Below, one piece after another: positions 10,823-20,121 of a stretch of 64,000 nt of DNA (its first letter is position 1; each line of letters begins with the position of its first letter). This stretch comes from an uncultured delta proteobacterium. Lineage in GTDB: Bacteria > Desulfobacterota > RBG-13-43-22. The stretch spans positions 96,001-160,000 of the forward strand of contig CAWJJC010000005.1 in the NCBI GenBank assembly GCA_963843145.1, written 5' to 3'. The notes beneath the pieces were generated by a model. That model had not been told where the DNA came from and did no database searches. It saw nothing but the letters and a program-made list of their open reading frames with translations. Both the position numbers and the translations under genes were made by a program.

Positions 10823-11042
10823 GGCGGCCGGGTCTCGGCGAAAAGGTTTTCCAAAGGTACTCCGGACTTCGAATCCGGGCCAAAATTACTAACTCTATAT
10901 AAGGCAGGCCCAAACTCAGAGACTTTTGATGCCTCCCAGGCTGGCCCTGCCTCCGGAAAGATTTAAAAACACGGGGGCCGGGTTAGAACCGAAAAAGTCC
11001 AGTCTGAGGGGGAGAAAACCTTTTCGCCGAGACCCGGCCGCC
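10823..11042. repeat. 220-bp palindromic MITE-like element, copy 1 (29-bp perfect terminal inverted repeats)
   Basis: GGCGGCCGGGTCTCGGCGAAAAGGTTTTC at 10823-10851 and its exact reverse complement at 11014-11042; interior is homologous to the reverse complement of 19832-20043. Confidence 0.85.
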
Positions 11043-11130
11043 GCGGAGGCTCGATTTCAAGTTAATCTACTTAAGGGGATGGACACCCATCCCAAGAGAC
11101 GAACAATCCTTCGTTGCTTTGCCTAGAAAA

Positions 11131-12597
11131 TCAATTCCTAACATAAAAAACTTCGAAGGTTTTGACCACCTTTTCTTTCCGGAAGATCTGGATCTCCCGG
11201 AGTTTATCGATTTTTGAAAAAAGACCCCGGGCTTTTTCCCGGTCCTGGGGACAATGGTCCTGATAACAGACCAGCAGGGCCCCCTGATTTTTCAGCTCGG
11301 GCAGCGAAGTCCAGATATTGCGCGCCGATTTGCCGAAAGAATAGGGCCAGGGATGCTGGGGCGTGTAAAAGGAAATGACCCCGGCCAGTTGGTAATCGTC
11401 GGCGACCACGAACACCTTTTCCTGATTCGGAAAGACCTGGGCGTATTCCCGCCCTAAACCCTGCCCCAATTCCCTCCAACCCCTCATTTCCAGGGTCCGG
11501 TCCTGTTGGGCGGCGACCGGCAGGTAAGGGAAGAAGATATGGACGGCGATCAGCATCACCGGAAACCAACCGGTCAAAAACACCGCCCCTCCCCCTACCC
11601 ATTTTCGGACCCTGGATATCCGGGGCCACTTTTCCGCCAGGCTTTTTCCCAAAAGGACCGCCCCGAAAAGCCAGGCGACGTTCCCCCAACTGGGGTCGGT
11701 GTACTTTCCTTTAAAGGCCGCCAGGGTGAAAACCAGCAACGGTACCCCGGTCAAAAAAAGCAGATAGGCCGAAGGGTCATCCCGCCAGCCGCCCCCGCGA
11801 CAGGCCCGGGTCCAGGCCCCGGCCAGGAGGAAAAACAACACCGGCCCCAGAATCAGGGGTTGCCCGAACACGAAAGCCAGGGCCTGAATTCCGAACTTTC
11901 CCCCGGTCAAGCCTTTTTCCAACTGCGATCCCAGAGAAATCCAGCCGTTCAGATAGTTCCAGTAGAGAAAGGGGGAAAACAAAAGGAGCCCTAAACCCAG
12001 GGCGGCCCAGAGGTGCGGATTGCGGAAGGCCTTTCGTCTTTCCGGCGAAGACACCAAAAACAAAAAGGCGGCTCCCAAAAACAGAACGGCGGTGAACTTG
12101 GAAAGGAGGGCCAGTCCCCAGGCGATTCCGGCCCGATAATAGGCCGCGTTGCTTTTTGAGGCCCAAGCCCGCCAAAACTCCATGGCCGCCCAACTGTAAA
12201 AAACCATCAGGGGCGTATCAATGATAAAGATGATACTGCCCACGGCATACAAGGGAGCCGCCTCCAGCAGCAGGACGCTAAAAAAAGCCGCGCGGACGCC
12301 GAACTGCCTCCGGGCTAATTGAAAGATCAGGATAAAAACCAACAGGGTCAGAACCTGGGACCCGATTTCCAGTGCCCATTGATTAACCCCCAGCAGGGTG
12401 GTGCACAACCGGATCGCCCAAGCGACCATGGGCGGATGTTCGTAGTAGCCCCAGGACAGGAAACGCGACCAGACCCAGTGGTCGGCTTCATCCGGGTGCA
12501 GGTCCAGCAGCATTCCCAGAGACAGCCAAATGAGCAGGTGGCCGGCCAGCAGGGCGTAAAAGCCCCATTGATACGGTCGATCGTTATTGGAAATCAT
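11131..12597 (-). CDS. ArnT/GT83 (GT-C, PMT_2-type) polyprenyl-phosphate-sugar glycosyltransferase
   Basis: LHPDEADHWVWS..LSWGYYEHPPMVAW, DTPL, LALLSKFTA; many TM segments. Confidence 0.85.
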   Translation of the reverse strand: MISNNDRPYQWGFYALLAGHLLIWLSLGMLLDLHPDEADHWVWSRFLSWGYYEHPPMVAWAIRLCTTLLGVNQWALEIGSQVLTLLVFILIFQLARRQFGVRAAFFSVLLLEAAPLYAVGSIIFIIDTPLMVFYSWAAMEFWRAWASKSNAAYYRAGIAWGLALLSKFTAVLFLGAAFLFLVSSPERRKAFRNPHLWAALGLGLLLFSPFLYWNYLNGWISLGSQLEKGLTGGKFGIQALAFVFGQPLILGPVLFFLLAGAWTRACRGGGWRDDPSAYLLFLTGVPLLVFTLAAFKGKYTDPSWGNVAWLFGAVLLGKSLAEKWPRISRVRKWVGGGAVFLTGWFPVMLIAVHIFFPYLPVAAQQDRTLEMRGWRELGQGLGREYAQVFPNQEKVFVVADDYQLAGVISFYTPQHPWPYSFGKSARNIWTSLPELKNQGALLVCYQDHCPQDREKARGLFSKIDKLREIQIFRKEKVVKTFEVFYVRN

Positions 12598-13460
12598 TAC
12601 CCTCCCAGCGGATCCGCCGGCTCGGCCGCCTGTTTCAGGGCCGGTAAAACGTCGGATAGGGATTGCAGCCGAAAACGGGCCAGCAAGGTTTCAAACTTTT
12701 TTCGGGGATCCCCCGGGTGCAGGTGCAGCCAGCGGGCCTTCAATTCCCGGATCAACCGCTTCGGCCGGGGCCAGAGATCCCAGGGGTGGAAATAAAACAA
12801 ATTATAACGGCCTTGTTGCAGAACCCGGCGGGCAAAAAACCGAATAGCCGCCCAGGGCCAGAGATTAAAATAAAGTCCCCCCGAATACGGGACCCGCCGG
12901 GTTCCCCAGGCATAGACCGACACCGGGATCTCCAGGAGTTTAAGGGAGCGGCCTTGGACCCGGGGATAAAAAGGGCGCAGCGGGGCGGTGGGAATACCGT
13001 ACAAAAAATTCTTGATCGGGAAAATGGAAGCGTCGTAGGCCAGGCCAAAGGATTCGAGGATTTCCAGGGCCCAGAGGGTATCCGGCCCGATGGACCAGGA
13101 AGGGGCGCGGAAGCCTAAGGGCGGATTTCCGGCCAGGTCCCGGAAAACCCGGAGCGAGACTTCCAGGTCCCGGCGAAAACCCTCGGGTCCCCGATCCCGC
13201 AGGAGATGATGCTCATACCCGTGGAGGGCCAGTTCCTGTCCGGCCTCCAGGATCAGTTCGCCGATCCTGGGGCGCTTCTCCAATAAGCGCCCCAGGACAA
13301 AGAAGGTCCCCCTCGCCCGATGCGTGCGGCAGAGCGCTAAAATCCCTTGAAGACGATCCACCAGCGAGCGCTGGTCCTCTTGCCGGTCGAAGCGCTCAAA
13401 ATCGGTGCGCGGATAATTGATATGATACCAGTCTTCGATATCAAAGGTGAGGAGGTTCAT
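12597..13460 (-). CDS. CE4 polysaccharide deacetylase (PEP-CTERM-locus/DUF3473-like)
   Basis: LTFDIEDWYH, TFFVLG, LHGYEH, GFRAPSWSI, YDASIFP, FYFHPWD. Confidence 0.9.
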   Translation of the reverse strand: MNLLTFDIEDWYHINYPRTDFERFDRQEDQRSLVDRLQGILALCRTHRARGTFFVLGRLLEKRPRIGELILEAGQELALHGYEHHLLRDRGPEGFRRDLEVSLRVFRDLAGNPPLGFRAPSWSIGPDTLWALEILESFGLAYDASIFPIKNFLYGIPTAPLRPFYPRVQGRSLKLLEIPVSVYAWGTRRVPYSGGLYFNLWPWAAIRFFARRVLQQGRYNLFYFHPWDLWPRPKRLIRELKARWLHLHPGDPRKKFETLLARFRLQSLSDVLPALKQAAEPADPLGG

Positions 13461-13500
13461 TACCGCCTAATTTATGCCGTTCAGGATGTGAGCAGAGATG

Positions 13501-13644
13501 AACATCGAACATCGAACGTCCAACATCGAATGTTAAATGAAAAATGATGAAGAAACAGACTTGATCTGGAAGAAAGTCTGATTTCAAATACCAGAATTGG
13601 ATGTTTGTTTTTCATTCGATGTTGGACGTTCGATGTTCGATGTT
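13501..13644. repeat. Heptamer-based palindromic element (32-bp perfect inverted arms of AACATCG units)
   Basis: AACATCGAACATCGAACGTCCAACATCGAATG at 13501-13532; exact reverse complement at 13613-13644. Confidence 0.85.
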
Positions 13645-13698
13645 TGTCTTGTTTATTGACCCTTCCGAAGTCCATCCGGAATAAAAATAACTGAGCGA

Positions 13699-14070
13699 TT
13701 ATAGGCCCGGATCCCCATCCCGTCGGGAAAGCGTGTCCACCCGGTCCCTAAGCAGAGCCACTTCCTGGGCCAGGATGCGTTTTTTGGTCTTAAAGTCCGA
13801 AAGCTGGATGGAAAAATGAATTAGAATAAAAATGGTGACTACATTGAAGAAAAGGAACAACGCGGTCGGGCCGTAGTCAATCCCCAGCCAATGGGCGACC
13901 CGGTCGATCAGGGGATGGAAAAATGACAACCCTAAAAACACGCCGGCGATCATAATCCACAAAAAAGAATATTCTTCCATCAGCCTTCTCCGCCGGATCA
14001 GGGAAAAAATCCAAAAGAACAGAAACAAGGAAAGCAGCAGGGTGCTGATTTTCAACAGAACAAAATTCAT
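13699..14070 (-). CDS. DUF2304 small membrane protein (GT2 partner, GacJ/Rv3632-like)
   Basis: LIRRRRLMEEYSFLW, LGIDYGPTALF, C-terminal LAQEVALL; 3 TM segments. Confidence 0.85.
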   Translation of the reverse strand: MNFVLLKISTLLLSLFLFFWIFSLIRRRRLMEEYSFLWIMIAGVFLGLSFFHPLIDRVAHWLGIDYGPTALFLFFNVVTIFILIHFSIQLSDFKTKKRILAQEVALLRDRVDTLSRRDGDPGL

Positions 14071-14073
14071 GGG

Positions 14074-14787
14074 TTACCTCCGCCGACGTTTTTTGAAGGA
14101 AAGGATGGAGATCAAGACCCGAACCATGTAATAAACGCTTTTTATCGGGGTGATGGAAGAAACTCCGGCCGGACGGGTGCGCATCTTGACCGGTATCTCC
14201 ACCAGGCGGCAGCCGCTGGCATCCAGGTAACTGATCGATTCCGGTTCCGGGTATTCACCCAGATAATTTTTGGCCAGGATCGCGATGGCCCGTTCCGAAT
14301 AGGCCCGGAATCCGGAAGTATTGTCCACGATCCGCTGGCCCACGATCAAGGCGTTGGCCCCTTGAAAAATCAGGTTGCCCAGACGGCGCAGCCAGGACCC
14401 CCGGTAGCCGGTCGGGGCGATGAAACGGGAACCGATCACCAGGTCCGCTTTTTGATCCTCCAGGGTTTTTAGCAGCCGGGGAGCTTCTTCGGCCGGATGT
14501 TGATAATCCGCGTCGATCTGGATAGCGGCGGTGTAGTGGTGGGCCGCGGCATATTGAAACCCGGTCTGCACCGCCGCGCCAATCCCCAGGTTAAAAGGCA
14601 GGTCAATCACTCTGACCCCCGCCTGTCTGGCCCGAGCGGCGGTCTGATCGCTGGAGCCGTCATTGATGACCAGGATGTCAGGCTCGGGGAGGTGGGCGCG
14701 GATGTCTTCCAGCACCCGGGAGATATTGTCTTCCTCCTGATAGGCCGGGATAATAATGAGGACCTTGGCCAAGCGCTGGTTTTCCAT
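14074..14787 (-). CDS. GT2 polyprenyl-phosphate glycosyltransferase (DPM1/ArnC/GacI-like)
   Basis: IIIPAYQEEDNI, INDGSSDQT, NLGIGAAVQTG, DADYQHP, VIGSRF, DNTSGFRAY, YPEPE; ATG at 14787. Confidence 0.9.
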   Translation of the reverse strand: MENQRLAKVLIIIPAYQEEDNISRVLEDIRAHLPEPDILVINDGSSDQTAARARQAGVRVIDLPFNLGIGAAVQTGFQYAAAHHYTAAIQIDADYQHPAEEAPRLLKTLEDQKADLVIGSRFIAPTGYRGSWLRRLGNLIFQGANALIVGQRIVDNTSGFRAYSERAIAILAKNYLGEYPEPESISYLDASGCRLVEIPVKMRTRPAGVSSITPIKSVYYMVRVLISILSFKKRRRR

Positions 14788-15843
14788 CAGGCGATAACCA
14801 ACCGGCGGATTAAACGGCTCCCCAGCCATTGGGTCCAGGACAAAGGAAGTCGAGGCCAGAACGTTGCCGCCAGGTGGTAGGTGAGGGACTGCCGGGCTTC
14901 CCCTATCGAGCGGACTCTCCCGCCGTTTTTGTCCCGTGGGTAGAGGTAGCGCAAGGGGCGGGGCTGGGCCTTCCACTGGCGTTTAAATTGATAGGTCCCC
15001 GAACCCGACTGGCTGCGGCAAAAACTGAAATAAGAGGCCCCCGACTCCCAGGTGTCCCGAAGGGCGGTCTGGTACAATAACTGGTTCGGATGTTCGTTTT
15101 GATGGTCCGTCAAACTGGCTACATAGGGGGCGCTGACACTGTCCCGATAACGGAAAAGGAGCATCCCGGCCACCGGAACCGCCCCTTTATAGACCAAGAG
15201 CAATCGGCAGCGATCAGGAAACACCTGCAGGATTTTTCTGAAAAAACCTCAACGGATAAACCGGGAAAAACAGTTCCCGCATCCTTATTGAAAAAACCCG
15301 ATAAAAATCTTCAAGCAGCTCTTTTCCCACGCCCTGGCGCACCACCAGGCCCGACTGCCGGGCTTTTCTGGCCTGGCGCAGACGGGGGCCGACCTGTTTT
15401 TCAAAGACCTTCCAATCACCCGGCAATTCCAGAATCATTTCCACATGCTCTTGATTGGCCGGGATCTCGGGGTCCTGGAGAGCCTCTAATTCCCGCAATT
15501 CCACGGTATCGGCCTTCAAGGTTTCCGCTTGGGCGTTGACGGCCGCCAGCATCCCCTCCCGCAGCGCCGGGTCGAGGGTCCATAAACCGGCCCGGGTCTG
15601 GTAAGGCAGGGAAATGAGATGCCGGCCGCCGCCGATCCAGGGGCTCTTCATCAGGACCAAAGGGCAGAGGCCTCGAACCCGACCCCGGTCTTCGACCAGG
15701 AGATAATAGGTCTTGAGACCCAGCGATTCCTCATAGACCCGGCGCCAACCATAGAGCAAGGAATAGGGGGCCTCCGCAAACTGCTCCAGCCCTTGATCCC
15801 AGGCCGTTTCCCCCTCCCCTGCCGACAGCCATTTCCAATCCAC
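14787..15843 (-). CDS. FemAB-related GNAT-fold protein (PEP-CTERM-locus type), split by a 1-nt frameshift at about 15240
   Basis: RHLISLPY, VELRE, RQARKARQSGL, DFYRVFSIRMREL, PNQLLY, FCRSQSGSGTYQFKRQWKA. The shift lies in a T6/A5 homopolymer tract. Confidence 0.8.
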
Positions 15844-15846
15844 CGG

Positions 15847-17577
15847 TTAATCCTCGTCGCCCTTATTCCGGAACTGAATCTCATAGATCCTCCGGTATTC
15901 CCCATTCAATTGCCACAGCTCCTCGTGTCTTCCCTGCTCCACGATCCGGCCGTCGGCGATGACGATAATCCGATCGGCCTTGCGGATGGTGGAAAAGCGA
16001 TGGGCGATGACCAGGGTTGTCCGCCCGGTCATCAGGTTTTCCAGTGCCCGCTGAACCTCGGCCTCCGAATCGGAATCCAGGGCCGAAGTGGCTTCATCCA
16101 GGATCAGGATGGGGGCGTCCTTCAGTAGCGCCCGGGCAATGGAAATCCGCTGGCGCTCGCCGCCGGACAAACGGATCCCCTGTTCGCCGATGAGGGTTTC
16201 CATTTTATCCGGGAGCCGGTCGATAAAATCATAGGCATAAGCGGCTCGGGCCGCCTGGAGTATCTCTTCCTCGCTTTTTTGGGGCGATCCATAACGAATA
16301 TTGTTACGAACCGTATCGTTGAAGAGGATGGTTTGTTGGGTCACGATGCCGATCTGTCGGCGTAAGGAGGCCTGGGTAAACGACTGGATCGGCCGGCCGT
16401 CGATCAGGATTTCCCCTTCCGTCCTCTCGTAAAAACGCGGAATAAGGTTGACCAGAGTCGTTTTACCGCCGCCGCTGGTCCCGACCAGGGCGATGACTTC
16501 TCCGGAGCGGACTTCCAGATTGATGTGCCGGAGGACCCAATCCCGGTCGTAACGGAAGGAAACGTCTCTAAAGACAATGCCCTGCCGTACTTCCCGGAGC
16601 GGCGCGGCTCCGGCCTGATCCTCAATCTCCGGTTTCAGATCCAGGACCTCGTAAACCCGAACGGCGGCCGCCAGACCCTGCTGAATGGTGTTGTTGACCC
16701 CGCTTAAGTGTTTAATCGGTTCGTAAAGCATCAACAGGGCCGTCAGAAAGGAAAAGAAAGTTCCGGGGGTGGAGGTCCCCTGGATGACGTTATAGCCGCC
16801 ATACCAGATGATGGCGGCAATCCCGATGCCCCCCAGGAATTCCATGATGGGGGAAGACATGGATTTGACCGAAACGTCTTTCATGGTCAAATCAAAAAAT
16901 CGTTGGTTGCTCTCCCGGAAGCGTTCCACTTCCCGGTCCTCCATTCCAAAGGCCTTGACGATCCGGTTTCCGGACAAGGTTTCGTGGAGATGGATGGAGA
17001 TGACCGCCATGGTTTTTTGACTCTGGGTGCTGATCTTCCGGAGCTTGCGCCCGAATTTAACAATCGGCAGCACCGCGATCGGCAGCACCAAAATGGCTAA
17101 GCCGGCCAATTGCCAGTCCCGGTAGAAAATGACCGCCACCAGACCGATAATGGTAAACAGGTCTTTCAGTATCCCGGTGACGGCACCGGAAACCGCCCCC
17201 TGAATCAGGTTGACATCGTTGATGATCCGGGACATCAACAGCCCGGTGGAGGTCCGATCAAAATAAGAAAGGGACAACCGCTGCAGGTGGCTGTACAGGT
17301 TTTCCCGGAGGTTGGCCACAATCCGCTGGCCCACGTAGCTCATCAGGTAGGACTGGCCGTAACCGAACCCTCCTTTGACGATATAGAGCAGGATAATAAA
17401 GGGCGGCAACAGGGAAAGGGTAGCCATATTCTTCTGGAAAAAAATATCGTCCAGCACCGGTTTGACCAGATAGGCCATCAGGGCGGTGACCCCGGCTACC
17501 ACGGCCATGCAGACCATGGCCAGAACCAGGCGGAACCAATAGGGTTTGACTAAAGAGAGTAGCCGTTCCGTCATCAT
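15847..17577 (-). CDS. msbA: Lipid A flippase ABC transporter
   Basis: TM domain plus GTSGGGKTT, LSGGERQR, ILDEATSALD; directly follows lpxB. Confidence 0.92.
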   Translation of the reverse strand: MMTERLLSLVKPYWFRLVLAMVCMAVVAGVTALMAYLVKPVLDDIFFQKNMATLSLLPPFIILLYIVKGGFGYGQSYLMSYVGQRIVANLRENLYSHLQRLSLSYFDRTSTGLLMSRIINDVNLIQGAVSGAVTGILKDLFTIIGLVAVIFYRDWQLAGLAILVLPIAVLPIVKFGRKLRKISTQSQKTMAVISIHLHETLSGNRIVKAFGMEDREVERFRESNQRFFDLTMKDVSVKSMSSPIMEFLGGIGIAAIIWYGGYNVIQGTSTPGTFFSFLTALLMLYEPIKHLSGVNNTIQQGLAAAVRVYEVLDLKPEIEDQAGAAPLREVRQGIVFRDVSFRYDRDWVLRHINLEVRSGEVIALVGTSGGGKTTLVNLIPRFYERTEGEILIDGRPIQSFTQASLRRQIGIVTQQTILFNDTVRNNIRYGSPQKSEEEILQAARAAYAYDFIDRLPDKMETLIGEQGIRLSGGERQRISIARALLKDAPILILDEATSALDSDSEAEVQRALENLMTGRTTLVIAHRFSTIRKADRIIVIADGRIVEQGRHEELWQLNGEYRRIYEIQFRNKGDED

Positions 17578-18725
17578 CCGCTCAGCATTTCCAGGGCCAT
17601 CCGGGCTACCCGGCGGGAAGCTCCCGGCCCTCCCAATTTTTGTCTGACCAAGTCCATTTTCGTCCGCAGGTCCTCTCGTTGGGCCGGGTCGTTCAGCAAG
17701 CGCCAGGCCTCTTCGGTCAGGGCCTGCGGATGGGCCTGATCCTGGACGAATTCGGAAATAATTTTTTCCCCGGCAATCCAGTTCACCAGTCCGATATAAG
17801 GCACTTTGATCAATCGTTTGGCAATCCAATAGTTGACCGCTGAAACCTTATAGACAATGATCATCGGGACCCCAAAAATAGCCGCCTCCAGGGTGGCCGT
17901 TCCCGAAGTCACCAGGACCAGATCAGAACGTTTCAGGGCCGCCGGGGAAACCCCGGAGATCAGCCGCAGGGAAAGCCCCCGCTCCTGATAGGGAGCGGCC
18001 TTTTCCCGGATGACCTGGGGATCGAGCGAAGGGGCTATGGGCAGCCAAAAAACCAACGAGCCCGCGAATCGTTGCTTCAAGGCCCAGGCGGTATCCAGCA
18101 GGACCGGCAGGAGTTGATTGACTTCCGTCGGACGGCTTCCCGGCAACAGTCCGATGACGGTACTTTCCGGTTCGACCCCGGGGAGATCGGGGTCGGCTTT
18201 CAGGGAGAGGGTCTCTTCCAGCACGTCCCCCAGGGGATGACCCACAAATTCCACCGTCATCCCGCGGGCCCGGTAAAATTCCTCTTCAAAAGGAAGGATG
18301 ACGGCCATGCGGTCCACTACCCGGGCAATGGTTTTGACCCGGCCGGCGCGCCAGGCCCAGACCTGGGGACTGATATAAAAAAGGACGGGGATCTTCCGCC
18401 GGTGGGCGAAACGGGCCAGGCGCAAATTGAGTTCGGGATAATCAATCAACACCAGCAGATCGGCGGCCCGATCCACCAGGGTTCGCTTTACCTTTTGAAA
18501 AGCCCGGAAAATATGAGCGATCTTGGCCACCACCTCGGTAAAGCCGACCACGTTCAGCGGTGGGGGATAGACCATCTCCACCCCCGCCTCCCTCAAGCGA
18601 GGTCCCCCCAGTCCAAAAAAAACGAGGGATCCCCCTAATTCCTTTAAGGCCTTGACCAGGGCGGCCCCGTGCAGATCCCCGGAGGCCTCGCCCGCGATAA
18701 TGCAGATTTGTTTAATCGGTTTCAC
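17574..18725 (-). CDS. lpxB: Lipid-A-disaccharide synthase
   Basis: AGEASGDLHG, IDYPELN, YISPQVWAWR, VGHPL, LLPGSR, SGTATLE; start approximate. Confidence 0.95.
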   Translation of the reverse strand: MKPIKQICIIAGEASGDLHGAALVKALKELGGSLVFFGLGGPRLREAGVEMVYPPPLNVVGFTEVVAKIAHIFRAFQKVKRTLVDRAADLLVLIDYPELNLRLARFAHRRKIPVLFYISPQVWAWRAGRVKTIARVVDRMAVILPFEEEFYRARGMTVEFVGHPLGDVLEETLSLKADPDLPGVEPESTVIGLLPGSRPTEVNQLLPVLLDTAWALKQRFAGSLVFWLPIAPSLDPQVIREKAAPYQERGLSLRLISGVSPAALKRSDLVLVTSGTATLEAAIFGVPMIIVYKVSAVNYWIAKRLIKVPYIGLVNWIAGEKIISEFVQDQAHPQALTEEAWRLLNDPAQREDLRTKMDLVRQKLGGPGASRRVARMALEMLSG

Positions 18726-18730
18726 TAAGT

Positions 18731-19768
18731 CTACGGTTGGAAGCCGTTCGTTCCCGAACCGAGCCAGGATTGGAAGGCCTCTAATTCCGGCAGATTCTCC
18801 GGTATCCAGGAGGCACTGCCCAGGGAACAATTCTTCTCTATTTCCCGGTTAACCTCCAAAGCCAGGGCCAAGGCCCTCCGGCCGTCTTCTCCGGAAACCA
18901 AGGGCGGAGTTCCTTCCCGAATGGACTGGATAAACGATCGCAGTTCCAATTCCAAGGCGTCCTGTTCCGGGAAGGACCCTTCTTCAAAAACAAAGGGCAT
19001 TCCGGGCGGCACTTTCTCCGGCCCTTTCTCCAACCGCACCAATCGATAGGCCTTGGCCCCCAAGTCCAAAGACAGGTAGGCCCCCGGCTGAAATATCCGC
19101 AGCTTGCGCATGGCCGTGATGGATATCCGACTGGCCGTGATATTGGCCACACCGCCATTTTGAAATTGGATGCGGGCGTTGGCGATATCCACCTGGTTGG
19201 AAACTACCGGTACTCCGACGGCCTGGACATTTTCCGGAGGGGAGTCGGTTAAATGAAGGATCAAATCCAAATCATGGATCATCAGGTCCAGGACCACATT
19301 CACATCGATCCCCCGTTCTTTAAAGGGCGACAGACGATGGGTCTCAATAAATAGCGGATGGTGGATGAGGTGCCGGACCTTCAAATAGGCCGGATTAAAC
19401 CGCTCCAAATGGCCGACCTGGATCAGGCAGCCCTTTTGCCCGGCTAAGGCAATCAGTTCCTCGGCCTCAGCCAAGGTAGAGGTAATGGGTTTTTCGATCA
19501 GTATCGAAACCCCGGCCTCCAGACAGTCCTTGGCAATGGGACTATGGTCTTGGGTGGGCACGACAATACTGACCGCCTCCACCTGAGGAAGCAGGTCCCG
19601 GTAATCCAGGTAACCGGGAATCTGGAATCGCTCGGTGATTTCCCGTAAACAGTCCGGACGGACCTCCGCTACCCCGCCTATTTCCACCTCCTCCATCCGG
19701 GAGTATTTTTCCAGGTGAAACCGCCCCAGGTACCCCATACCGATAATGCCAACCTTTATTTTTTTCAA
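18731..19768 (-). CDS. Gfo/Idh/MocA oxidoreductase, GnnA-like (UDP-GlcNAc 3-dehydrogenase candidate)
   Basis: GMGYLGRFH, LIEKP, QVGHLERFNP, DLMIHDLD, TASRIS; lies between lpxI and lpxB; TTG start inferred. Confidence 0.8.
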   Translation of the reverse strand: MKKIKVGIIGMGYLGRFHLEKYSRMEEVEIGGVAEVRPDCLREITERFQIPGYLDYRDLLPQVEAVSIVVPTQDHSPIAKDCLEAGVSILIEKPITSTLAEAEELIALAGQKGCLIQVGHLERFNPAYLKVRHLIHHPLFIETHRLSPFKERGIDVNVVLDLMIHDLDLILHLTDSPPENVQAVGVPVVSNQVDIANARIQFQNGGVANITASRISITAMRKLRIFQPGAYLSLDLGAKAYRLVRLEKGPEKVPPGMPFVFEEGSFPEQDALELELRSFIQSIREGTPPLVSGEDGRRALALALEVNREIEKNCSLGSASWIPENLPELEAFQSWLGSGTNGFQP

Positions 19769-19831
19769 CCGGAAAAGTTCCTTTTCATACTGACGTTTCG
19801 CCCTTTTGGGTGGCCCCCTCCATATCTGGAC

Positions 19832-20043
19832 TGGCCGCCGGGTCTCGGCGAAAGGGCTTTCCACATTGCTTTTTAGGTTCTAACCCGGCCCCCGGGTTAT
19901 CAAATCCTCCAGGAGGTAGGGCCAGCCTGGGGGCATCAAAAGTCACTGAATATGGGCCTGCTTTAATTAAAGTTAGTAATCTAGGCCCGGATTCGAAGTC
20001 CGGAGTACCATTGGAAAGCCCTTTCGCCGAGACCCGGCGGCCA
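19832..20043. repeat. 212-bp palindromic MITE-like element, copy 2 (32-bp perfect terminal inverted repeats)
   Basis: TGGCCGCCGGGTCTCGGCGAAAGGGCTTTCCA at 19832-19863 and exact reverse complement at 20012-20043. Confidence 0.85.
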
Positions 20044-20121
20044 CACCGGTCCGAATTCAGAATTAACTATCGCTATCGGAAGAGGCCGGGGGGAGTGGGT
20101 TCGGACAAAAGAAGAACGGGT

